Shown here in pieces: positions 1-7,703 of a DNA stretch of 32,000 nt. Numbering within the stretch: the stretch's first letter is position 1; every line of letters starts with the position of its first letter. The notes below the pieces were generated by a model that made no database searches, was not told the DNA's origin, and saw nothing but the letters and a program-made list of their open reading frames with translations. Origin of the DNA: Nostoc punctiforme PCC 73102 (GTDB taxonomy: Bacteria; Cyanobacteriota; Cyanobacteriia; Cyanobacteriales; Nostocaceae); NCBI RefSeq assembly GCF_000020025.1, contig NC_010628.1:4140001-4172000 (forward strand), in the 5' to 3' direction. The position numbers and the translations under genes were made by a program.

Positions 1-521
1 TGGGCAGCAATGACCTTGAGGATGTTTTGTGAAGCATCCATTGCTTGTGCAGATTCCGCGAGTTCTTTGGCCTCAGCTACAGTTTGTTCAGTTGCTTCTA
101 TTTCATTTTTGGTACGTTCCTGACCGACTTCCCCTAAGACGCTTTCGACTGTGGCGCGGGTGGTTTCTCTCTCCAGTTCGTTAGCTGCTGATACTGCACC
201 CTCGACAGTGTTACTTTCATTCCAGTTACCCTTGCTCTTGAGTTGCTCTTTGAGCTTTTCGGCTGAATTTACTGGGTCTGGCATATCCATACTGCCAGTC
301 TGAATAGCAGTTTTAGCTTCGCTTTTCATCCCACCCCAATTATTAGCTGCTGCGGTGAGTTCGTTTTTGGTTTCCTCAAAATAGTTATTGAATTTGCCTA
401 AAACCTTGAAGAAATCGTCAATTGAAAAGGCATAACTGGGTGCTGTACCGAGTAAAGTAACCAGACCAATTATTGACCCGATTATTACCCCTTTCTTAGT
501 AAACTTGAACTTTTGTTTCAT
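1..521 (-). CDS. Partial CDS (C-terminus beyond the window edge): signal-peptide/membrane-anchored helical protein downstream of the VirB4-like ATPase; possible VirB5/TrbJ-like T4SS component
   Basis: Absent from the ORF track because the window cuts it. Reverse-complement reading from ATG at 519-521 gives MKQKFKFTKKGVIIGSIIGLVTLLGTAPSYAFSIDDFFKVLGKFNNYFEETKNELTAAANNWGG... and stays open to nt 1. It has a basic N-terminus, a hydrophobic core and an SYA/FS cleavage-like site, followed by E/K/A/T-rich helical-looking sequence. It starts 38 nt after the ATPase stop on the same strand, the position trbJ/virB5 occupies after trbE/virB4 (established operon order). The family call itself is inference. 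Confidence 0.55.
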   Translation of the reverse strand, partial: MKQKFKFTKKGVIIGSIIGLVTLLGTAPSYAFSIDDFFKVLGKFNNYFEETKNELTAAANNWGGMKSEAKTAIQTGSMDMPDPVNSAEKLKEQLKSKGNWNESNTVEGAVSAANELERETTRATVESVLGEVGQERTKNEIEATEQTVAEAKELAESAQAMDASQNILKVIAA

Positions 522-559
522 ACTTTTGGCGGATAAAATAACCAATGTGGCAATTAAAT

Positions 560-3115
560 TTAAGCCACTTGTTTATGATTTATTGATTCTTCCTTTTCCA
601 AACCCAGGTTATCTGTTAGTTTTTCTTCTATAATTTTTGCTGGCTTGAATTGCTTATTGTTATTGTTATTGTTATTGTTATTGTTATTGTTATTGTTATT
701 GTTATCCAGTAATTGTTGTGCTTCTTCGCTTAACTCATCTCCCCGAAGCATTTGTATGTATGCCTCAGAAAATCTCACCATACCCAGCATTGGATTATCG
801 GCATATTTATTGAGGAAGAGAGTGCGTAATTCTTGCTCGTTCGGGTTATTTGCTACGGCTGCAAGCAAGCAATAAGCAGGGTAATACCTACAGAAAGTAA
901 GTTTGCCATTATCGTCAAGTAACCACTGCGAGTAAATACTTTCACGTTTTGGGAAGAATGCTTCGGTACTATTACGCGAGATAATTTCATAAGGATATTT
1001 AAACCTGTTAACAAATGGGTCAACTGCCGATGTTTGAATCCGACCGATAAGGCGGGTTGTGATGTTAGCAAATATCTTGAAAGCAGACTTACTTTGGAAA
1101 ATACTTTCTGGTTCTTGGGCAGATAAAATTACACGTATACCTGCTTTTGCACCGTTGGCGCAGAGTCTACCAATTAGCTCGGCTATGCTGTCAAAATTGA
1201 ATAAAATCGGCGCTTCGTCTAAGAAAAATATTGATACTTTAGATGATAAAGCTCTACGTAATGCTGCGGAATAGGCGCTAAGGGCAAGAACTGCGGCATC
1301 AGCTTCGCTCCCAAGCGATCGCAGTGCGAATACCAGTAGTCGCGCATCAGTTCTAAAGCTAGATGGATTAGCGATTGATTGCCCAACTCGTGAATTTAGC
1401 CAAAACTTTAATCGCAATCTGATTTGGTCAAGAGCATTAAGAATTTCTTTACTATTATTGGTGATGGAATCGAGTTTGATAAACCCAGGCGAACAATAAT
1501 TGTAAAAATCTTTAAGTGTTGGAATATCTGCCCATTCCTGTGTTCCTAATCCATTTTCTAATGCTAGCTTATACCGAAGTTTGATATCTTCATCGTTGTA
1601 AAAAGTTTCAATTGTAATTGTAATGATACTCTCGATATTTGATATCATTGTTGGGCTTACCCCTACAGGGTTCGTCCCTAATACCATTATCATTAGTGTT
1701 GATTTCAAGAATTCCTTGAAATCGGTCATCCTTTCCTTAATAACTTCCGGCTCATACCCCCTTAAATCAGGTAATTCAAATAGGTTGTTCGACTCTTTAC
1801 TAATATCGAAATACGCCCCTTCTTCTCCCATAAATTTGGTATAGTCAGTAAACGTGCTAGTACCATCGGGTTTAGGATAATCAAGTGCAATTACAGGAAT
1901 GCCTTGAGCCAAGGCAGGTGTTAATAGACCTGCTACTAAGACAGATTTACCAGCACGGGTAGTACCAAAAATAGCGAGATTTTTGTGCTGTTTGTACAAG
2001 TCGAGATGTACTGGGGTTCCTCCCTCTTCAGCAATCAGCTCGAACCCAAATTTATCTCCCGTAGCCGTTCTAACTATCGGCATGAGTCCGGGAACTTCTG
2101 ATGAGAAATAAGGGAGGCGACGGTTAAAGGGTCTTGTAAGTAAGTTTTCCCAGACAATAGGTACACATTGTAACCATGTCTTCCAAGCATACTCTATTTC
2201 TCTATCAACTACAGCAGGGCGTAAGAAGCAGCTAGAAAGGTATTGGCAAGCTTCATCGAGTTTTTGGCGACTGTTACGATGAACACAAAAAACAACGGCA
2301 GTATGGATGGGCAAACTGCCTCTGAGGATGGTTTCTTGTGCCTTAACTGCCTCCTCGATGTTCATATTGGCTTTTACATCAATTGACCCTTTCTCGGAAG
2401 ACATGGCGCTGGAGGTAATTGACTGTTTGGTAATCCGTTGAAGGGCAGTTTTGGCGAGTCCCTGGTTAGCTTTAGATAGCTGGCAGATAATCTCGGTGTC
2501 AGAGATTTTTTCTTTGGATATTACCTCCCAGAGGTATCGAAGCTGGGCGTATTCGTCTACCCAGCCTTGGGGCTTTTCGCTAAACTGAAGAACGCCGATA
2601 TACTTGTCTTGTAGTCTTACCCAGCTGCGATCGAGAAACGGGACAGATTTCTCATTCTCCAGCATCAGGTGGCGAATATGGAAATCGCTGGTTTGAACTT
2701 CTCGAAGCCCCTCTTCATCTAATATGAGGGGATTGGGAACTTTGGGTGCATCGCTACGGTTAAATTGACTCCAAAGAATTGACCATACTTCCTCACTTGT
2801 GACTGCTCGTACTGAAAGCCCCATTGAGTTAGTAAAAAGTTGTTCCCACCGTTGAAACCCAGAGGTAAAACTATCCCGTAAAATTGTTTCGATTCTCTCT
2901 TGCCGAACACCGTGAATTTGTCCAGTAAATTGAAACCAGGCATTTTGCAATTGTTTGATAGTTTTTTCAATTGCATCATTTGAGCGGCTATCCTCAGAAG
3001 CCAGGACACTATAGGTACACCAGAAACGTAAGAACTTATTTTTACGAGTTCCTGCTTCGGTGAGTTCTCTTGCCCGCAGACGTTCCGATCGCACTAATAA
3101 AGTTAATTGCTTCAA
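560..3115 (-). CDS. VirB4/TrbE/TraC-class conjugation (type IV secretion) ATPase-like protein, 851 aa; extreme 5' end overlaps an IS terminal repeat
   Basis: Walker A AIFGTTRAGKSV (about nt 1940-1975) and Walker B-like VSIFFLDEAPILF (about nt 1202-1240). The N-terminal half is non-P-loop, the C-terminal half is P-loop, and there are no N-terminal TM helices, which argues against a VirD4-type coupling protein. The ~850-aa size is typical of VirB4. A relaxase gene lies in the same window. The predicted TTG start (3113-3115) lies inside the IS4-type inverted repeat. Family call is from recalled motifs, not a search. Confidence 0.7.
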   Translation of the reverse strand: MKQLTLLVRSERLRARELTEAGTRKNKFLRFWCTYSVLASEDSRSNDAIEKTIKQLQNAWFQFTGQIHGVRQERIETILRDSFTSGFQRWEQLFTNSMGLSVRAVTSEEVWSILWSQFNRSDAPKVPNPLILDEEGLREVQTSDFHIRHLMLENEKSVPFLDRSWVRLQDKYIGVLQFSEKPQGWVDEYAQLRYLWEVISKEKISDTEIICQLSKANQGLAKTALQRITKQSITSSAMSSEKGSIDVKANMNIEEAVKAQETILRGSLPIHTAVVFCVHRNSRQKLDEACQYLSSCFLRPAVVDREIEYAWKTWLQCVPIVWENLLTRPFNRRLPYFSSEVPGLMPIVRTATGDKFGFELIAEEGGTPVHLDLYKQHKNLAIFGTTRAGKSVLVAGLLTPALAQGIPVIALDYPKPDGTSTFTDYTKFMGEEGAYFDISKESNNLFELPDLRGYEPEVIKERMTDFKEFLKSTLMIMVLGTNPVGVSPTMISNIESIITITIETFYNDEDIKLRYKLALENGLGTQEWADIPTLKDFYNYCSPGFIKLDSITNNSKEILNALDQIRLRLKFWLNSRVGQSIANPSSFRTDARLLVFALRSLGSEADAAVLALSAYSAALRRALSSKVSIFFLDEAPILFNFDSIAELIGRLCANGAKAGIRVILSAQEPESIFQSKSAFKIFANITTRLIGRIQTSAVDPFVNRFKYPYEIISRNSTEAFFPKRESIYSQWLLDDNGKLTFCRYYPAYCLLAAVANNPNEQELRTLFLNKYADNPMLGMVRFSEAYIQMLRGDELSEEAQQLLDNNNNNNNNNNNNNNNNKQFKPAKIIEEKLTDNLGLEKEESINHKQVA
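655..706. repeat. Hexanucleotide microsatellite (TATTGT)x8 + TAT on the plus strand = 17 alternating AAC/AAT Asn codons inside the ATPase gene
   Basis: Direct reading: tattgt repeated 8 times from 655 to 702, then tat. On the minus strand it translates as ...QQLLD-N17-KQFKPAK, about 30 residues from the C-terminus. Confidence 0.95.
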
Positions 3116-4462
3116 GGGGCGACAATGGTTGCTAAACCGAGCCAGATAAAGGTTTAGAAGGCACAGACCCTTTGAAAAAATGGGCTATTCTGGAGTGCTT
3201 ATTGAGAATGAAATATGCAGGTGTCACAGACCCGCTTCTAGAGATCTATTTTATGGTAAAAAAGAACGGTCTCGTAAATTGAACAAGACCGTCATCATAA
3301 TGTTGCCCTCATTCTATCAAAAGTTTTTAGAGAAATACCTGAGTCAATCACAGTTAATAACTTTGAAGATGTTGGTGTGGTTGTTACAAAATCAAAAACA
3401 AGTCAGATTAGAAAGGCTGGCTGCAACACTACCTTTACCCATACAGCAAAATAGTCGGAGGCGACACTTACAAAGATTCCTAACGCTGAATGCTTTGAGT
3501 GTAGTGTTACTGTGGTTTCCCATAATTGAAGAGATACTTGGTAAGCAAATCAAAGCTGGCTCACAAGTAATTATTGCACTAGATAGAACACAATGGAAAG
3601 AAAATAATGTGCTAATGGTAAGTGTAATTTACCAAAAAAGAGCATGGCCAATATATTGGTACTTGTTAGAAAAAGATGGTTGCAGTAACTTCCAAGAGCA
3701 ACAAAAAGTTTTACGCCCAGTGATTCGCTTGTTAAAAAATTACAAAATAGTGATTATTGGCGATAGAGAGTTTCATAGTATAGAATTAGCGGAGTGGTTA
3801 CACAGGAAGAATCTCAGCTTTGTATTCCGTCAAAAAAAGGACACAACCTTCCGAGAGAAAAGACAAAAATTTCAGCCTTGAAGCAGCATTGATATTTATC
3901 CAGGAATCCGCCAGTTTTATTTGGGTATCAATTTGACTCAAAAACGAGGGTTTGGCAGATTTAATTTAGCAGTATATTGGAAAAGAAAATATCGCAATAA
4001 ACAGGAACCAGAACCTTGGTATTTATTAACTAATCTGCCTGATTTAGAAACTGCTGCTCAAATCTACGGAGCGCGTTTCGGCATTGAAGCTATGTTCCGT
4101 GATTGTAAAACAGGTGGTTATAATCTCGAAGGTTCTAAAGCTAATCCTGATAGACTTGTGCGTTTAATTTTCTTAATTGCTTTAGCCATGACAAGTGCTT
4201 GGTTACACGGACAAAGAACTAAATTGCAAAAACAAGAATCTTATATTTGTCGCACTCAAGAAAAAAGTCGAACTTCTAAACGACATAGTAATTTTTGGAT
4301 AGGTTTATATGGTCAAAATTGGATAGTCGCTTGGAATGAATGTCAAGCATGGGTTGAGGAACTGGTCGCTTCCATTCGCAATAAGCAGAGCTTTTATCTC
4401 AGGGGTTTAAGGGCTATGAAGCTTATACAGAAAGCACTTTAGCTCCATTGTCGCCCCTTGAA
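3111..4462 (+). mobile_element. IS4-family insertion sequence (~1.35 kb) with 18-bp perfect terminal inverted repeats; transposase carries one in-frame stop
   Basis: TTCAAGGGGCGACAATGG at 3111-3128 is the exact reverse complement of 4445-4462. Weaker complementarity extends outward to about 3102 and 4470 (GTTAATTGC vs GTTGATTG). The element encloses a DDE transposase reading frame. I could not identify a target-site duplication. Confidence 0.8.
3300..4442 (+). pseudogene. IS4-family DDE transposase, single reading frame interrupted by one in-frame TGA (3879-3881)
   Basis: Track ORFs 3180-3881 and 3921-4442 are in the same frame. The only interruption is TGA in ...KRQKFQP*SSIDIYPGIRQFYLGINLTQ.... 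DDE candidates are IIALDRTQW, VIIGDREF and FGIEAMFRDCK. The last fits the IS4-family Y-x2-R-x3-E-x6-K signature (YGARFGIEAMFRDCK). The likely true start is ATG 3300 (MLPSFYQKF...); the 3180-3299 extension looks non-coding. Confidence 0.8.
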
Positions 4463-4626
4463 CAATCAACCTTTGTACTCCTGATTAATCGTATTAGGGG
4501 TTATGACGAAATAGGCGTACCGTGCCAAACCGTAGAAATTGTAGGTTAAAGCTGAAACTAAGATGGGGTAGGCTTTTAAGTAAGTTTACTTACCATAAAA
4601 TTGGTAAAAAATGGTATTAATCTTCG

Positions 4627-7563
4627 TCAATTTAAAGCTGTGTAGTCGCCATAAAGATTAAATCCTGCCCATAAGAAAAGGCTATCAGTATTTACATTGC
4701 AGTTAGGCAGACAGTTATTTAGGCAATCTAACTGAGTCCGATGCAAAGCTTCATCTCGTGGGAATTTATCTAAATAGTTGTAAAAACGGGTCATAAAAGA
4801 TACTGCGATTTTATCGTCTACCTTCCAAAGACAACCAAGAATGCTTTGAGTTCCAGACCGCCAGAGTGTTTCTGGTAAGCTGATAATCCAGCGACCAGGG
4901 AGGATAAAGTGATCTGCTGACCAACAGGAAGAGAGGGTTGCATGGCGCAAATTCGTTAAGTTCATTTCTGATAATTCTCTGAGGCTGAGAATCTCTTGTT
5001 CTTTATAATCAGAGATAAATACCAGTCCTGACTGGTCTGGTTGATTTAACTCAAAAGTGCCATGACAAGCAATATGAAGTAAGGTTACTTGAGATAAATT
5101 TTCAACAACAGTACTTTTAGAACTATTTACAAAAGAAAAGCGATGAATATGATTGCGATCTAGCCAGTCTTCTACCTGTTTTAGTTCTGGTTTAACTCCT
5201 TTTAGGAATGAAAATTGCTTGTTACCGTTAGACACGCCTACTACTAACGCTTTTTGTTTGGAAATAATTGAATTAGAAGGCGATCGCCTACCTTTGGACT
5301 CGTAAGCTATAGAAATGGCATAATGCTCAATTAAATACTTTTCTTTGTAGCGTATGGCGGCAAACGGAAAGCCATGCAAAATATCATCAGGTACAATTGT
5401 CAATGCCCGAATGTCTTTGGGTAAACCTTCTAGCAGCTTGGGAAATGCTAGCATTTCTGCAAGAGTTTTAGCTACTTCCTGCCCCACATTTGCTACCTCT
5501 GCCATCTCTTCTTCATATTCGCCCTGCCAATTCACATTCATATCTCGATGATAATTAATATCACGGTTGCTATCAATACTGTTGATTGGTTGGTCATAGA
5601 TATCTCGACCATTGTTAATATTCTTGATAAGTTTGTACCAGTGTTGTACCTGATTACGCACTTCCAAACGAGTAGTAAGAATAACATGAAAATCAAATAA
5701 AAATCGCCCTGTTTTCACAACTAAAACACGATCTGGCAGAATCAAAAATGAAAGAGTAATTCTGTCTTTTGGGTGAGTCAACAGCCGTAGCCACAATGAT
5801 GCAGGAGGTAAAAATGGAACTTTTATTCTGTCGCCTTTAATTGTACGTTTGGCTAATACATCCTTGTATCTGTCGATATGTTCCACTAAAGCATTCAGTT
5901 GTTGTATTAGCTGCAAGCGTTGCCAAAGAAAGAGCCAAAAAGCTCCCGTACTAACTTTTAGTTGCAAACGTTGCAACTGATTAATTTGTGCAGCAATGTA
6001 TTCCTCATCTGCTGTCCATTTATTCAACAGATAAAATACCTGGTCTTCTGGCGCAAGGGATGAGGTAATTTGTTCTAGTAAATAATTTGTTGATGCTGTT
6101 AAAGCTTCTATTTCCGGGAGTGGATAATTTAATCTAGTGCGACACCAAACTAATATCCTCTGTACCTGCCAAAGTTCTGGTCTTAAACCTATGTTCTGTA
6201 ATTGAGGATGAATTTCCTCCAAAATCTGATGTGCTTGATAAATTTTGGTCAAGTCACTGTTCTCTGTGCCTTCATAGTAAGCAAAAGTTCCTTCCAATAC
6301 CCGTATTTGTATTTTGATCAGGACCGAATCAGTACAATTGAATACCTTTTTTATGTGCTGGAGTAAATCGCCCGCAGTTTTCAGATTGAGGTTGCTCAAC
6401 TGCCATTGAAAGGCTAATGCGCGGTCTTCAAACCAAGTTAAATAATTGGAAGATTGAGTTGATAAGTCTAGTCTTGCTTCTACTTCTGCTACAGCTTGTT
6501 TATTATTTATTTTTTTATTCATTCCAAATACTGAGAGTTCCACAGGACTATTAACCACAAGGGAACGACTACGGGCATAGCATAGTTGCAATAATAAGTC
6601 TGCCCTTGCTGCTAAAGCTGCATCATCAATAGTAGAGGCATCGCTTTGGGTGTCCATTAAATAACTCTGAGCAGCACTGGTTTGGTTGAGAAAAATTAAG
6701 ATATGGGCAAGACTGAGGTTTGAACGCAACACCGCGCGTTGTGAACGAAGTTGACAGCATCTTTCTTGAACTTGTCGGAATTGTTTTAAACTAGTACCTA
6801 AATTTCCCAAAAGCAGATTGAGTTTACCAGATAGTTCCAACCAATGGATAAAATGTTCTGGATGCTGGGGTTGATTGAGTTGGCTTTCTAAATCGGAGAG
6901 ATAAGTCTGTGCATCCTCAAAATGTCCCTTTTCCTGGAGGACAGAGGCGATCGCCAACTTTAGTGGTAGTATAGTTTGCTGTGCTAAAGAAGATACTTTC
7001 TCTCCCTCAGCATGAAATAAACCCCGTTGCAAAGCAACAAGAGCCTCTCCGTATTGTCCCAAAGCAGCTAGCAATCGCCCCATCGCTAGGTATAATTCAG
7101 CAAATAAAACAGTCCGGTCTTCTGAGTCGGTATCATGCCAAAAACAACCCGCCTCCCACCGTAATAATCCTGGTAACACAAATTGAATATTATTAATGTC
7201 CCCAATGCGTGGAGCCATTTCTTGCAGTAAGTCTTGTGCTTGATCTAAAGTTCCTCTATCTATGCATAGTTGAATACGTCTTAGACAAGTATAATCAGCT
7301 AAACATTCATTCTTTGACTCCTTATATAAATCAACAGCTCCACAAAGCAAGTCATCAGCCGCTTGGAATTCACCCAATAAACCAGCTAAGTCTGCCAAGG
7401 ACTGGATAACTTTCAAATCTGCATCAACCAACCGGGAATATAAAAGGCGATGAGTAAAAATTTTGCATAAATCATCGTAAGCCCCTAGTAAATTGCCTTG
7501 AAGCCATTTTGTTTCGGCTAATTCAAAAGCAGTGTTGAGTTCAACAAAGGTATCGTATGGCAA
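4627..7563 (-). CDS. TPR-repeat / CHAT-domain (caspase-fold) protease, 978 aa
   Basis: The C-terminal ~300 aa has a CHAT-type His and Cys dyad context: VTLLHIACHGTFELNQPDQSGLVF and RHATLSSCWSADH. The N-terminal ~400 aa is helical-repeat/TPR-like (e.g. GRLLAALGQYGEALVALQRGL, LQEKGHFEDAQTYLSDL). No signal peptide. The ORF starts with TTG just after an in-frame stop. Confidence 0.8.
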   Translation of the reverse strand: MPYDTFVELNTAFELAETKWLQGNLLGAYDDLCKIFTHRLLYSRLVDADLKVIQSLADLAGLLGEFQAADDLLCGAVDLYKESKNECLADYTCLRRIQLCIDRGTLDQAQDLLQEMAPRIGDINNIQFVLPGLLRWEAGCFWHDTDSEDRTVLFAELYLAMGRLLAALGQYGEALVALQRGLFHAEGEKVSSLAQQTILPLKLAIASVLQEKGHFEDAQTYLSDLESQLNQPQHPEHFIHWLELSGKLNLLLGNLGTSLKQFRQVQERCCQLRSQRAVLRSNLSLAHILIFLNQTSAAQSYLMDTQSDASTIDDAALAARADLLLQLCYARSRSLVVNSPVELSVFGMNKKINNKQAVAEVEARLDLSTQSSNYLTWFEDRALAFQWQLSNLNLKTAGDLLQHIKKVFNCTDSVLIKIQIRVLEGTFAYYEGTENSDLTKIYQAHQILEEIHPQLQNIGLRPELWQVQRILVWCRTRLNYPLPEIEALTASTNYLLEQITSSLAPEDQVFYLLNKWTADEEYIAAQINQLQRLQLKVSTGAFWLFLWQRLQLIQQLNALVEHIDRYKDVLAKRTIKGDRIKVPFLPPASLWLRLLTHPKDRITLSFLILPDRVLVVKTGRFLFDFHVILTTRLEVRNQVQHWYKLIKNINNGRDIYDQPINSIDSNRDINYHRDMNVNWQGEYEEEMAEVANVGQEVAKTLAEMLAFPKLLEGLPKDIRALTIVPDDILHGFPFAAIRYKEKYLIEHYAISIAYESKGRRSPSNSIISKQKALVVGVSNGNKQFSFLKGVKPELKQVEDWLDRNHIHRFSFVNSSKSTVVENLSQVTLLHIACHGTFELNQPDQSGLVFISDYKEQEILSLRELSEMNLTNLRHATLSSCWSADHFILPGRWIISLPETLWRSGTQSILGCLWKVDDKIAVSFMTRFYNYLDKFPRDEALHRTQLDCLNNCLPNCNVNTDSLFLWAGFNLYGDYTALN

Positions 7564-7703
7564 ACTAACACCCCCTTAGATTTGAGATTTTGGATGAAAA
7601 ATCTAACATTCTGTAGAGACACTAACATATAACGTTTCTATAAGAATTTGGTTACACAAGAGGTGAATGGAAAATCAAAATATTCACCAAATTAAACAGT
7701 TAC

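Noticed and set aside
645-875. 76-aa plus-strand ORF with a poly-Leu run (MNCLLLLLLLLL...).
   Set aside because: It is the antisense reading of the Asn-codon microsatellite inside the well-supported ATPase gene. Its low-complexity sequence is an artefact.
3180-3299. The N-terminal 40-codon extension of the IS4 transposase ORF (MGYSGVLIENEICRCHRP...).
   Set aside because: It lies in the IS leader immediately after the inverted repeat. The recognisable transposase sequence starts at ATG 3300 (MLPSFYQKF...), so the extension is probably untranslated.
3092-4470. A target-site duplication for the IS4-type element (and likewise for the IS701-type element at 28632-30030).
   Set aside because: I searched the flanks for direct repeats of 2-12 bp at all plausible boundary choices and found none. 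What looked like flank similarity (GTTAATTG / CAATCAAC) is inverted, not direct, so it is more likely an outward extension of the terminal repeat.
7662-7688. The hairpin GGTGAAT-N13-ATTCACC, 16 nt after the 1175-aa gene's stop, as an intrinsic terminator. A second hairpin, TAGATTT...AAATCTA, lies near 7577-7605.
   Set aside because: On the transcribed (minus) strand the stem is AT-rich, the loop is long (13 nt) and no U-tract follows. I cannot support a terminator call, though it may still be an RNA structure between the 1175-aa and CHAT genes.
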